A stretch of DNA of 64,000 bases from Chloroflexota bacterium (GCA_016190665.1 JACPQD010000091.1:27246-91245); one strand, 5' to 3'; positions 28,379 through 38,011 are shown, counted from the stretch's first letter. The notes: generated by a model not told the origin, from the sequence alone. Made by a program: numbers and translations.

Positions 28379-29746
28379 ATGGTGTTGATTTCGGAGCCGA
28401 CAGCAAAGAGCGGCGAGAGATGGGTGCCAGTTTCGGAGGCGCTCGTGGCTCAGGCCGGAGAGGTCCCCAGCGATCCCTTTATCGACCTCAAGTTCAAGAT
28501 CCACGAGCGTCTGATAAAGGAACTGGACCTTCAAAAGGTGGGAGGCAAAGACCCGTCCAGCCTCAGGCCATCCGTGGAGTCGGCCGCAGGGATGATGTTG
28601 ATGAACGAGGAGGTCCCCCTCTCCAGACAGGAACGCTCTCGCTTATCCGTGGAGATAGCCGACGAGGTGTGCGGCCTGGGTCCGCTGGAACCCCTGTTAC
28701 AGGACTCAAGTATCACAGAGGTCCTTGTCAATCGGCCTAACCAGGTGTACGTGGAGCGCAAAGGCAAGCTGTGTCTGAGCAGCAAAGTCTTCAAAGACAA
28801 CCACCATATCATGCGCATGATTGACAAGATAATCGGGCCCCTGGGCCGTCATATCGACGAAGCCTCGCCCATGGTGGATGCCCGCCTCGCCGACGGATCG
28901 AGGGTACACGTCATAATCCCTCCTTTAGCGCTGGACAGCCCCGTCATCAGCATCCGCAAGTTCTCCCGGGATGCGCTGACCATGGACGATCTCATCAACC
29001 TGGGCACCTTCACACCTGAACTGGCTGAGCTGTTGCGGGCGTGCGTGGAGGGGAAGGTGAACATAGTCGTTTCCGGGGGCACGGGCACTGGCAAGACCAC
29101 GGTGCTGAACGTTCTTTCATCCTTTATCCCTCGCGGTGAACGGGTGATCACTATTGAGGACCCGGCCGAATTGCAGTTGCAGCAGCCCCATGTCGTGCGT
29201 CTGGAGACTCGCCCATCGAATACGGAGGGCAGGGGAGCAGTGTTACAGAGAGACCTGGTGCGCAACGCCCTGCGCATGCGGCCCGACCGCATAATCGTAG
29301 GTGAGGTGCGCGGAGGGGAAGCTTTCGACATGCTTCAAGCCATGAATACTGGCCACGAAGGGTCTCTGACCACCGTCCACGCCAATTCGCCGCGCGACGC
29401 GCTGGCTCGAATCGAGAATATGGTGCTTATGGCGGGCATGGACCTGCCCGCAAAGGCCATCCGCGAGCAGGTATCGTCCGCCATCCATCTGGTAATTCAG
29501 TTGAAACGGCTGATGGACGGCAGCCGTCACGTGGTCCAGATCACCGAGATAGCTGGCATGGAGGGGGAGATTATCACCGTTCAAGACGTTTTCGAATTCC
29601 GCTACGCCAAGACCTCGGACGGCGCCAGGACCGGCGCCCTCGTGCCCAGCGGATTAAGGCCAAAGGTGGCCGAGCAATTGGAAGCGCGGGGCATCACGTT
29701 GCCGCCCGGCATCTTTACCCCTGCGGGGGGCAGCATATGGACCTGA
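28379..29746 (+). CDS. tadA: CpaF/TadA secretion ATPase
   Basis: 455 aa. Walker A is VSGGTGTGKTTVLN. It also has ..RIITIEDPAELQL.., ..ALRMRPDRIIVGEVRG.EA.. and ..GHEGSLTTVHANS.. Confidence 0.95.
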   Translation: MVLISEPTAKSGERWVPVSEALVAQAGEVPSDPFIDLKFKIHERLIKELDLQKVGGKDPSSLRPSVESAAGMMLMNEEVPLSRQERSRLSVEIADEVCGLGPLEPLLQDSSITEVLVNRPNQVYVERKGKLCLSSKVFKDNHHIMRMIDKIIGPLGRHIDEASPMVDARLADGSRVHVIIPPLALDSPVISIRKFSRDALTMDDLINLGTFTPELAELLRACVEGKVNIVVSGGTGTGKTTVLNVLSSFIPRGERVITIEDPAELQLQQPHVVRLETRPSNTEGRGAVLQRDLVRNALRMRPDRIIVGEVRGGEAFDMLQAMNTGHEGSLTTVHANSPRDALARIENMVLMAGMDLPAKAIREQVSSAIHLVIQLKRLMDGSRHVVQITEIAGMEGEIITVQDVFEFRYAKTSDGARTGALVPSGLRPKVAEQLEARGITLPPGIFTPAGGSIWT

Positions 29747-30708
29747 CCGCGGGGATAATCCCGCTCGCTGTTTTCTTAAGCGTCACACTCCTGGCGCTCA
29801 GCATTGCCAGCATGAACCAGGGTACGCGGCTGGTCCGGGAGCGGCTGAACCGATACGCCTCTCCCACCAACCAGGAGCACGATGCGGCTAGCGCAGCCGC
29901 CATCATGCGCGACCGGCGTCTCAGTTCTGTAAGTGTTCTGGACTTATTTTTAAGACAAGCTCACTTCACCGAGGGAGTGGCCCTCGATCTCGCGCGCGCT
30001 GCGCTGCCCCTCAAGGTGGGAGAGTACTTGCTCTTGCGTTTGCTCTGCGCGTTGGCGTTGGCGCTGGTTCCCATAATGGCTGGCCTCACGCCGCTTCTGG
30101 CCTTCACGTTCGCTGGAGTCGGCTTCTACCTGCCGAAAGTCTACGTGAAGCGCCGCCAGCAGCGGAGGCTGAGGGCTATCAATGATCAACTCGTGGACTT
30201 GACCACCATGATATCCAACTCACTGAAGTCCGGCTACAGCTTCGTCCAGGGGCTTGAAATGGTCTCCCGGGAGTTGCCAAAGCCGATATCAGAAGAGGTG
30301 GCGCAGGTACTGACGGAAATGAGTCTCGGCACCCACACCGAGGAAGCGCTGATAAACTTGGCGAAGAGGGTCAATAGCTACGACCTTGACCTCATCGTCA
30401 CCGCCATGCTGATTCAAAGACAGGTGGGCGGCAATCTCGCGGAGATTCTGGACAAGATATCGAGCATGATCCGCGGGCGGGTGGAGATGATCCGCGAAGT
30501 CCAGTCGCTGACTTCCGAGGTGAAGCTCTCCGCCTACGTCGTCGGTTCTCTTCCGGTTTTCCTGATGGCCATCCTGTCTGTGGCTTCTAGAAGCTACATC
30601 AATGACCTTCTGAACAACCCGACGGGGCAGGCATTGCTGGGGGCTGCCTTTGTCATGGAAATAATTGGCTTCATAATACTCCGGCGCATCACGGCGATTG
30701 AGGTGTAG
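29737..30708 (+). CDS. tadB: TadB (type II secretion system F-family inner membrane protein)
   Basis: 323 aa, polytopic, T2SSF-like (..LPDALDLL-type region: LVDLTTMISNSLKSGYSFVQGLE). It overlaps the tadA stop. Confidence 0.88.
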   Translation: MDLTAGIIPLAVFLSVTLLALSIASMNQGTRLVRERLNRYASPTNQEHDAASAAAIMRDRRLSSVSVLDLFLRQAHFTEGVALDLARAALPLKVGEYLLLRLLCALALALVPIMAGLTPLLAFTFAGVGFYLPKVYVKRRQQRRLRAINDQLVDLTTMISNSLKSGYSFVQGLEMVSRELPKPISEEVAQVLTEMSLGTHTEEALINLAKRVNSYDLDLIVTAMLIQRQVGGNLAEILDKISSMIRGRVEMIREVQSLTSEVKLSAYVVGSLPVFLMAILSVASRSYINDLLNNPTGQALLGAAFVMEIIGFIILRRITAIEV

Positions 30709-30714
30709 ATTCCA

Positions 30715-31635
30715 GTGCTGGCAATAATACCGATCCTGGTGTTCGTCTCTGTCGCCGTACTGATTCTGGCCTTCAGCCATCACTCGGAGGCGGTGGAAGG
30801 GCGGCTGCAGAAATACGGCTATGGCATCGCCTCCCGCCGGGCGGGCGACCTGGCCAAGCCTTTCTCGCAACGCGTCATCACTCCCATCTTGAACAGCCTG
30901 GCAAAGATAGGCGGCTCTCTCACGCCAAAGAACCTGGCGCAAAAGACGGAGGAGCAACTGCTCCTGGCTGGCAAGCCCCATGGCCTTACCTCGGGCCAGT
31001 TCCAGACCATCGCTAACGTCGGCGGCATCCTTCTGCCGGCGCTATATCTCGGAACGGCCAGGCTAGCCAGCGGCCGAAACCCGGAGCTAAAAGAGTTCGC
31101 CATCGCCGCGGCCTTGTTCGGACTGGGCGCCTATATGCTTCCCACCCTCTGGTTGAAGAGCAAGATCTCAGGGCGAAAGAAACGAATTGAAAAGGACCTG
31201 CCCGACACACTGGACCTGGTGACAATCTGCGTCGAGGCCGGTCTAACGTTGGAGGCAGCGTTGGCGAGAGTAGTCTCCCGAACCAAAGGACCGCTGGCCG
31301 ACGAATTCCGCCGCGCTTTGCAGGAAGTGAGCATCGGCAAGGCGCGCTCCAAAGCGCTGCGCGACATCAGCCTTCGTACCGGGGTCGCCGACCTGCAGTC
31401 CATTATCGCAGCGCTCGTTCAGAGCGAAGAGATCGGTTCAAGCATAGCCAGCGTCCTGCGTGTACAAGCGGACGCCATGCGCATAAAACGGCGACAGCGC
31501 GCCCAGGAGCAGGCCCACCAGGCGCCGGTAAAAATGCTCTTCCCTCTGGTGCTGTTTATATTGCCAGCAATGTTCACGGTCATACTCGGCCCCGCTGTAA
31601 TCAGGCTGATCAGCGTATTCACGCTGATGAGATAG
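30715..31635 (+). CDS. tadC: TadC (type II secretion system F-family inner membrane protein)
   Basis: 306 aa. KDLPDTLDLVTICVEAGLTLEAALARV is the T2SSF signature. Confidence 0.88.
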   Translation: MLAIIPILVFVSVAVLILAFSHHSEAVEGRLQKYGYGIASRRAGDLAKPFSQRVITPILNSLAKIGGSLTPKNLAQKTEEQLLLAGKPHGLTSGQFQTIANVGGILLPALYLGTARLASGRNPELKEFAIAAALFGLGAYMLPTLWLKSKISGRKKRIEKDLPDTLDLVTICVEAGLTLEAALARVVSRTKGPLADEFRRALQEVSIGKARSKALRDISLRTGVADLQSIIAALVQSEEIGSSIASVLRVQADAMRIKRRQRAQEQAHQAPVKMLFPLVLFILPAMFTVILGPAVIRLISVFTLMR

Positions 31636-31656
31636 CCCGGTGCGGCGCCGCTGGAC

Positions 31657-33447
31657 ATGAATATGGTGCAAGAAAAGCGCGACAAGACCGTCTGCCCTCA
31701 TCTGGGAATGGCCGAGGCGCCTCTCGAGTACTCCGTTGAGCCCACGGACCAGCACCGCTGTTACCTGTGGATGCAGCGCGACCGGGTCCATCTCGACCAT
31801 CAGAGGATGTTCTGCCTCGGCGAGCTGCACTCCCAATGCCCCTGGCTCGTCATCAGCGCGCCCCTTCACACACCATCCCAGCGCGCCCTCAGCGCCATAC
31901 TCGCCGTGGCTCTCTTCATCCCTGCGACGGCCTGGAACCATCTGGACCAACTCTGTAGATTCGTAGCGCTGAGAATCTGGCCATCCTTGGTCAAAGCCCT
32001 TCTCCGGTCAATCACCGGACTGGCAACATTCCTTTTGGCAGGTCTTGGGCGCGCACGTTCCGGGGCCGCGACGCTGGCCGCCTCGATACTGTTCGGGGCG
32101 TCCCCTGCTCTGGCATCGTTATTATTTCTCCTTTGGCGGCTTCTTAAGGGCATGGCCGAGCTCGCCTGGGACTTTGCCTTGAAAACTGGCTCTCTAGCGG
32201 CGCTGGCGCTCTTGCAGGCTGGGCGGCGTGTCGCCCCCTTCCTTTGGCGGCAGGTCGCCTTCTCAGCCGAACGCCTGGCAAAAGGCCTGGGCGCAGCAAT
32301 GCGATGTGGGCTGCGCACCCTTGATGAGTGGACCGATTCGAAGCTGAAGTGCCAGGACGTCCATACGCTGATCGATCTGGGGAAAAAGGCAAGCCTTCGC
32401 GGCGACAGGAGGGTTGCCCGCAGGTACTTCTCCAGAGCGGTCGCGCTGGAAGCACAAAACGAGGAGGCCTGGCTCTGGAAAGCAGCCACGACCGATTCTC
32501 CCGGCGAGGCGGCCTTCTATCTGAAGAAGGCGCTAGCTGTGAATCCTCATAGTGGGCGCGCCCAAGCGGGCCTTGATACCCTGGGAGACACTCGTGAGAA
32601 TTCCCCGTGGGCCGGACCAGTCGCGGCAGAGGCCGCGAGTGTCCCGTATGTGGAGCCGCTTGGGGACGAATCATGCCTTACCGCGCTCGAGGGCACTTTG
32701 CTTCAGCAGGGCATCGTCGCTTTGAACCAGGGAAACGAGGAACGGGCGCGCAAGTTCTTCGTCGCCGCCACCGAGGCCCACCCGGACAGCGAAGAGGCGT
32801 GGTTCTGGACCGCAAAGACCGCGCCTGACCTGGCGGAGCTGATCTCCTGTCTGGAGAGAATACTCGTTATCAACCCCAACAACGGCAGGGTTAAGGCCGA
32901 TCTGGCCTGGGCCATGCAGCGAAAGCGTCAGGAGGAATTGCTCTCCAAACAGGATTGGACTTCAGATCCCGCGCGAGGCGCCTTTGTCAAGGACGACCGG
33001 TCCCGCCCCAGGCCAGCCAGCAGGGCCATGCTTTCCATCGCCGGGGCGGCATCTTTCACACTGGGCGCGCTCTGGCTTGGCGCGGGTGTACTGCCTCTTC
33101 TGCCTGCCGCCCTTGTGCTTGGAGATTGGTGGGGAATCAGGATACTGCCGGTGCTGGACCTTCCCCGGTTCACAATCTCCGGGCCTTTCGCGGACCTCAA
33201 TCTGTTCGCCGCCATACCAGTGTTGATGGGCATAATCTTCTTGCTGGTCAGCGATGGCTTGTTCTCCCTGCAGAGGGCTTCGGTCTACTGGTTGGTCATC
33301 GGAGTAGGCGCTGCCATTGTCGCCACAAACCTGTATTCTGCCCCTCCAGAGGCAAAGCAGACCGTACTCACCTTAAGCGGCATAGCCATCGTCGCCGCAT
33401 CCCTGGGCCGGAGGGGAGTAAAGCCGCAAGCTACCATCGCTGTCTAA
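31657..33447 (+). CDS. Membrane-anchored TPR-repeat protein with Cys/His-rich N-terminus (possible TadD analogue)
   Basis: 596 aa. N-terminus CPHLG..HRCYLW..FCLGELHSQCPW. Several TM helices and TPR-like repeats (..AVALEAQNEEAWLWKA.., ..ATEAHPDSEEAWFWTA..). It lies directly after tadC. Confidence 0.65.
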   Translation: MNMVQEKRDKTVCPHLGMAEAPLEYSVEPTDQHRCYLWMQRDRVHLDHQRMFCLGELHSQCPWLVISAPLHTPSQRALSAILAVALFIPATAWNHLDQLCRFVALRIWPSLVKALLRSITGLATFLLAGLGRARSGAATLAASILFGASPALASLLFLLWRLLKGMAELAWDFALKTGSLAALALLQAGRRVAPFLWRQVAFSAERLAKGLGAAMRCGLRTLDEWTDSKLKCQDVHTLIDLGKKASLRGDRRVARRYFSRAVALEAQNEEAWLWKAATTDSPGEAAFYLKKALAVNPHSGRAQAGLDTLGDTRENSPWAGPVAAEAASVPYVEPLGDESCLTALEGTLLQQGIVALNQGNEERARKFFVAATEAHPDSEEAWFWTAKTAPDLAELISCLERILVINPNNGRVKADLAWAMQRKRQEELLSKQDWTSDPARGAFVKDDRSRPRPASRAMLSIAGAASFTLGALWLGAGVLPLLPAALVLGDWWGIRILPVLDLPRFTISGPFADLNLFAAIPVLMGIIFLLVSDGLFSLQRASVYWLVIGVGAAIVATNLYSAPPEAKQTVLTLSGIAIVAASLGRRGVKPQATIAV

Positions 33448-33677
33448 CGGGCCCGTGCTGCCCCATCCGCAGCCCCGTCAAGACAGTCCCACCCAGGTCA
33501 AAGTGCCATTCTCTCCAGCAGAGAAAACAAGGCCTCTTCAACTCCTCAATCCGCTCGCGACCAGAATCCCACGCATCACTCCGTCTGATTCACTATCTTT
33601 GCGTCTGTACGAGCACAATTCGACAGCTTGACAGGGGACGAGTGTCGCGTTAACATTGGCGAGAAACTCACGCTAAC

Positions 33678-34421
33678 GTGGAGGAACAAATGGTAGACGA
33701 AGCAAATACCCGGGTGGAAGTCAACGCTTACTGGCGACTACAGGCGGAAACGGCGGTGGCCAATTTTCGCCGGAGGAAGCTGCACGCTGAGTACGTGCCG
33801 GACCGGCAGGCCGCTTGTGAAAAAGTGCTGAGCCTCATACCCAAAGGGGCGTCCATTGGCTGCGGCGATTCCGTCTCCGTGGTGCAGACCGGCGTGCTGT
33901 CAATCCTCAGGCAGTCTGGGGACCACGAGATGTTCGATCCCTTCGACAGGAACGAGGACGGAAGCCAGAAAACCGTGGGGGAAGCGCGTCTTGAGTTGCA
34001 GAAACGAGCCATGCTCGCTGACGTATTCCTCACCGGGGCCAACGCTGTGACGCTGGACGGCAAGGTGGTCGCCCTCGACGGCAACGGCAACCGTGTGGCG
34101 GCGATGATATTTGGCCCGAAGAAGATCATCATCGTCGCGGGCGTCAACAAGCTCGTTCCCGACCTCGATGCTGCTTTGAAGCGCGTCCACCAGGTTGCGG
34201 CGCCAATCAACTTCCGCCGGCATGCGGATAAGCATCACAGTGACCACTATTATGGCCTGCCCTGCGTGAAAACGGGTACGTGTGTCGATTGCGCCCACGA
34301 GCAGAGGGGCTGCAACTACCTGATAGTCATCGAGGGAGGGCGTATGACGAGCCCTCAGTACCCGGACTACCATATGCAGAGGCACCAGATCGTGCTGGTC
34401 GGGGAGAGTTTGGGGCTGTAG
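33678..34421 (+). CDS. LUD-domain (lactate utilisation protein C/YkgG-like) protein
   Basis: ..ADVFLTGANAVTLDGKVVALDGNGNRVAAMIFGPKKIIIVAGVNKLVPDLDAALKRV.. is typical of LUD-domain proteins. Confidence 0.78.
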   Translation: MEEQMVDEANTRVEVNAYWRLQAETAVANFRRRKLHAEYVPDRQAACEKVLSLIPKGASIGCGDSVSVVQTGVLSILRQSGDHEMFDPFDRNEDGSQKTVGEARLELQKRAMLADVFLTGANAVTLDGKVVALDGNGNRVAAMIFGPKKIIIVAGVNKLVPDLDAALKRVHQVAAPINFRRHADKHHSDHYYGLPCVKTGTCVDCAHEQRGCNYLIVIEGGRMTSPQYPDYHMQRHQIVLVGESLGL

Positions 34422-34497
34422 CGCTACTCTCCGAGAGGCCTGTTTCACGGTTATTCCGGCGAAAGTTCCCCATGCCGTTGGCCCGGCGCCACCGAGC

Positions 34498-34600
34498 ATG
34501 AAAATGCCGTAGGGCAGCGGGTCCCGACGCATCGGGATCCCGTACGGAGTCGGGACTTGTCCCCTGCCGCCGTCGTCGGGGCATTGGGAATCATTTTCAT
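34498..34600. repeat. Long imperfect intergenic hairpin (~100 nt)
   Basis: Outer arms atgaaaatg (34498-34506) and cattttcat (34592-34600). Inner complementary blocks are ggcag/ctgcc and gtcccgac/gtcgggac. Confidence 0.6.
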
Positions 34601-34696
34601 AGTAGGCCGGCATCCAGAGCGCTTCTTGCGGCTGACCTAGGCGTGGATAGTTGACTGGCGGACTGCGCTCGTTCGTGCCAGAAGGGAGACAGAGAA

Positions 34697-35710
34697 TTGG
34701 CAGCTCGGATTCGGACGGTCCATTATGGCGTGGGGGCCATTGGGTCGGAGATAGTCAGGCTGGCTGGCGCCAGGAAAGACCTCAAGATTGTCGGGGCTGT
34801 CGACATCGCTCAGGACAGGGCTGGGAAAGACCTGGGACTCGCGGCCGGCCTGGAAAGGCGCCTGGGAGTGTCGATCAATGCCCGGCCGGAGACGGTCCTC
34901 GTGCCGGAAGGGGCGGACGTGGTCATCCATTCGACCAGGTCTTCCCTGACCAGGGTCGCGCCGGAGCTTCAGAGATGCATCGAGGCGGACATGGACGTGG
35001 TCTCCACCTGTGAGGAGCTGGCCTACCCCTGGGCCAGCCATCCCCGGCTGGCGAGGAAGCTCGACGAGTTGGCCAGACAGCATGCGGTCAGCATCGTGGG
35101 CACTGGCGTCAACCCCGGCTTCGTCATGGATACCCTCGCGCTGGCCCTTACCGCGCCGTGCCAGAACGTCCGCCGCATCAGGATAACGCGCGTGGTAGAC
35201 TCGGCGCTACGGCGCATCCAGCTCCAGAGGAAGACCGGGGCCTCCCTCACCGTCGAGGAGTTCCGCGAAAAGGTCGCGCTGGGCACGATCCGCCACGTCG
35301 GCCTGCGAGAATCGATGCTGCTGGTGGCCGACGCCTTGTTCGGCAGGCTGACCCGCATCGAGGAGAGCATCGAGCCGGTGGTAGCGGCGAAGCCGAGGCG
35401 CAGCCAGTTCTTCGAGGTGGTCACGGGCAAGGTGGCGGGAGTGCATCAAGTGGTGACCGCTTTTGTCGGCGACAAAGAGGTGATCCGGCTGGAGCTTGAG
35501 ATCTCCATCGGCGCGGAGGACCCGCGCGACGCCGTCCTCATCGAGGCCGACCCCGATATCGATATGGTCATCAGGGGCGGCGTCTTCGGCGACACCGCCA
35601 CGGCCGCCATAGCCCTCAACTGCATCCCACGCGTGCTTCAGGCAGCGCCCGGCCTGCTGAGCATGAAGGACCTGGCTCTGGTGTATAATGCCAGGAGGTA
35701 TGAGGGATAG
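34697..35710 (+). CDS. DapB-like NAD(P)-dependent oxidoreductase (amine dehydrogenase / 2,4-diaminopentanoate dehydrogenase-like family)
   Basis: 337 aa. IRTVHYGVGAIGSEIVRLAGARKDLKIVGAVD is an N-terminal Rossmann region of the dihydrodipicolinate-reductase type. TTG start with gggag upstream. Confidence 0.72.
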   Translation: MAARIRTVHYGVGAIGSEIVRLAGARKDLKIVGAVDIAQDRAGKDLGLAAGLERRLGVSINARPETVLVPEGADVVIHSTRSSLTRVAPELQRCIEADMDVVSTCEELAYPWASHPRLARKLDELARQHAVSIVGTGVNPGFVMDTLALALTAPCQNVRRIRITRVVDSALRRIQLQRKTGASLTVEEFREKVALGTIRHVGLRESMLLVADALFGRLTRIEESIEPVVAAKPRRSQFFEVVTGKVAGVHQVVTAFVGDKEVIRLELEISIGAEDPRDAVLIEADPDIDMVIRGGVFGDTATAAIALNCIPRVLQAAPGLLSMKDLALVYNARRYEG

Positions 35711-35808
35711 GAGGAATTCGGCCTCGACGGCTTATGCGACTTGTTCGGTAGGTAAATCTTGCAGGCCGAGAGCGGGGGGCCAGAACCCGAAAGAAGACTG
35801 TGCGTTTT

Positions 35809-36036
35809 ATGGAAGTGAAGTTCTCTCGTCACGCTAAGAGAAGGGCAAACCTGTACGCGATTCCAGAATCAAGGATCGTGGAGATTCTGGAAGGGACTTC
35901 ACTAGCTCAGGGAACCCAGGCGATCCTGGCCAACGTTGAGGGCTTTGCATACCCGTTGAAGATCGTGGTCGCAAGGGAAGATGATATAATAACCGTGATA
36001 TCAAGCTATCCTCTGAAACGCGGAGGAAAGAAATGA
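35809..36036 (+). CDS. DUF4258-family putative toxin
   Basis: MEVKFSRHAKRRANLYAIPESRIVEIL... shows the typical DUF4258 start (F..HA..R). It overlaps the next gene by 4 nt. Confidence 0.7.
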   Translation: MEVKFSRHAKRRANLYAIPESRIVEILEGTSLAQGTQAILANVEGFAYPLKIVVAREDDIITVISSYPLKRGGKK

Positions 36037-36260
36037 AAGTATACTACGATGATGAAGTTGATGCTCTGTACCTAAAGCTGGGCGACGAAACCCCGGAAGG
36101 AGTTGTCGAGGTTTCCGAGGGTGTCAACCTGGATACCACTTCTGAAGACAAGATAGTAGGCATAGAAATCTTACGTGCGTCTCAGCGGATAGATCTGAAA
36201 ACCATACTATCTTACACCGTCGAATTTCAGAAAGATGTGGCAACACGAGAGACGGCCTAG
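36033..36260 (+). CDS. DUF2283 protein (copy 1)
   Basis: MKVYYDDEVDALYLKLGD...VNLDTTSEDKIVGIEILRAS is the DUF2283 signature. Confidence 0.82.
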   Translation: MKVYYDDEVDALYLKLGDETPEGVVEVSEGVNLDTTSEDKIVGIEILRASQRIDLKTILSYTVEFQKDVATRETA

Positions 36261-36318
36261 CGATTCGTTTCTGGAGAGGTATGGTTCTCGCCCCCTCCAG
36301 TCCTCGAGTTCCCGCCGC

Positions 36319-36425
36319 CCACGGCCATAGCACTGCATCCCGCGAATCCTGCAGGCCGCGCCGGGGCTCCTGAGCGTGAAGGACCTGGGCGTACAATGCG
36401 AAGAGGTACCAGGCATAGGAGGACG
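36319..36425 (+). pseudogene. Diverged relic of the 3-prime end of a DapB-like gene (homologous to 35598-35714)
   Basis: ccacggccatagcactgcatcccgcg...ctgagcgtgaaggacctgggcgtacaatgcgaagaggtaccaggcataggagga aligns by eye with ccacggccgccatagccctcaactgcatcccacgcg...ctgagcatgaaggacctggctctggtgtataatgccaggaggtatgagggataggagga. Confidence 0.65.
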
Positions 36426-36757
36426 GCCAATACAGCCGCTCAAGAGTACTGTGTGAGGCAATAGTGTCTCATGGCAAAACGCGGCATATCGATAACGGTT
36501 GGGTCTACAGTCGAGTTGCAGGAACGGGGCAGGCGCTGTGAACGGTGCTCGCAAACTAACGGGATATTCTCGCCCGCATATTAGCCCGAGAGATGAACTG
36601 TATCTTCTCGATACGAACAATCCTGTTGACGAAGAGGTCTTCTCCTCGCTTGAGTACATTTCTGAGATTCCCTCCGTTGGCAGGGACTTTGTGAGAAGGA
36701 GAATGGAATCGCAAAGGGGCAACGCTGAGCCACGTTACGGCCCTCAAGGAATACGGC

Positions 36758-37054
36758 GTGACCCTGGACTTCATTCAGCGGGGCATCCGAGCCGGAAAAC
36801 TTGAATACCGACACGGATCGGTATGGGGCGCCCCGTATGTCAGAGTCCTGAGGAGTCAGCTTGAACTGTACATTGCTGAACAACTTGGCTCGAACCACCT
36901 GGCGACCAGAAAGACTCAGACAGAACTGCGCAAAATCAAGAAGGACATCGCTGACCTCAAGAAGAAACTGGCCGAGCTTGAGGTACGAAAGGCCGAAATT
37001 GAGCGCAGGATGGCGGCGCAGCCGCCCAAGCCGGCAACCCCCAAGCGTAAGTAG
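36758..37054 (+). CDS. Hypothetical protein with possible HTH N-terminus and coiled-coil, Lys-rich C-terminus
   Basis: 98-aa ORF from a GTG with aagga upstream (..LDFIQRGIRAGKLEY..; ..ELRKIKKDIADLKKKLAELEVRKAEIERR..). In-frame similarity may extend upstream past a possible frameshift at a GGGG run (~36712). Confidence 0.4.
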   Translation: MTLDFIQRGIRAGKLEYRHGSVWGAPYVRVLRSQLELYIAEQLGSNHLATRKTQTELRKIKKDIADLKKKLAELEVRKAEIERRMAAQPPKPATPKRK

Positions 37055-37069
37055 GAAAAGGAAGAGAGC

Positions 37070-37303
37070 ATGGCTGGATCTGATGATGTTCTTGATTTCG
37101 TTCCTTCGAAAGAACCGCCACTTGCCTACCCGACGTGGCCGCTCAAGGTGCGAGGAGGCGTCGTAGAAGAATACGTCATCCCGGACGACGACAAGGAAGA
37201 GGTCCTGAAGGAGCTCTACCCGTTCGATCCAGTACCTTCCCTTGAGGAAGAAGTGTCGACTTGCACGAAGGCAGGAGATTCAAAGTCCGTGAGTTTCGCG
37301 TGA
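37070..37303 (+). CDS. Hypothetical small acidic protein
   Basis: 77-aa ORF. aggaaaaggaagag lies upstream. No family recognised. Confidence 0.35.
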   Translation: MAGSDDVLDFVPSKEPPLAYPTWPLKVRGGVVEEYVIPDDDKEEVLKELYPFDPVPSLEEEVSTCTKAGDSKSVSFA

Positions 37304-37408
37304 CCCGCGAGCACGGCATGAATTGGCTGGTGAGCCCCTATTATCCGAATAGCGGTGGAACGGTGATAGACTGGATGCCGCCAGAATGGGACGAGGACTA
37401 AGACGTGC

Positions 37409-37437
37409 TTGACATATATGCAGAATTCGTGCATACT
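37409..37437 (+). promoter_or_regulatory. Sigma-70-like promoter of vapBC with operator-like palindrome
   Basis: TTGACA (37409-37414), 17-nt spacer, CATACT (37432-37437). The ATG of vapB is 7 nt downstream, which implies a leaderless or near-leaderless mRNA. A palindrome tatgca-gaattcg-tgcata sits in the spacer. Confidence 0.5.
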
Positions 37438-37444
37438 TATGCAT

Positions 37445-37648
37445 ATGAGAACAACACTTAACATCGACGACGAAATCCTTAAGAAGGCCTCCGAATTGAC
37501 GGGCGTCAAAGAAAAAACCTCGCTGGTCAGACTTGGCCTGCAGGCTTTGATCGCTCGGGAAAGCAGCAGGAGGCTAGCCAGGCTCGGCGGCACCGAGAAG
37601 CTCCTCCGACCGATTCCGAGAAGAAGGATGGACGCCAGACAGATATGA
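37445..37648 (+). CDS. vapB: VapB-family antitoxin
   Basis: MRTTLNIDDEILKKASELTGVKEKTSLVRLGLQALI is the canonical VapB (MRTTL.IDD.L) start. It overlaps vapC by 4 nt. Confidence 0.82.
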   Translation: MRTTLNIDDEILKKASELTGVKEKTSLVRLGLQALIARESSRRLARLGGTEKLLRPIPRRRMDARQI

Positions 37649-38010
37649 TCCTGGTGGATACTTCAGTCTGGGTGTCTCATCTGAGAACCGGCGATGTTCA
37701 ACTGGGGAAGCTATTGAACGACGGAGAAGTCCTTTGCCACCCCTTCGTTATCGGGGAACTAGCGTGCGGCAACTTGAGCAACAGGAGAGAAGTCCTTTCT
37801 CTCCTGCACTTGTTGCCCATGGCCAGCACTGCCAACAACGAAGAGATACTGCAGTTCGTTGAGGCCGAGGGCCTGAGCGGCGTCGGCGTAGGCCTCACCG
37901 ACGTCCACTTGTTGGCGTCGGCGCTCCTGTCGGGGGCACCCCTGTGGACGCTTGATAGGCCCCTCAGGGCCGCAAGCGTCAAACTGGGCATAGCTTATAC
38001 GCAGGCATAG
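37645..38010 (+). CDS. vapC: VapC PIN-domain toxin
   Basis: MILVDTSVWVSHLR...PFVIGELACG...DVHLLASALL carries the PIN acidic residues. Confidence 0.9.
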   Translation: MILVDTSVWVSHLRTGDVQLGKLLNDGEVLCHPFVIGELACGNLSNRREVLSLLHLLPMASTANNEEILQFVEAEGLSGVGVGLTDVHLLASALLSGAPLWTLDRPLRAASVKLGIAYTQA

Positions 38011-38011
38011 G

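Noticed and set aside
36499-36804. 101-aa ORF 36499..36804 as a separate gene
   Set aside because: No recognisable family and no SD. It overlaps the better-supported 36758..37054 ORF. It may represent the 5-prime part of that gene displaced by a frameshift at a GGGG run, but I cannot establish this from sequence alone.
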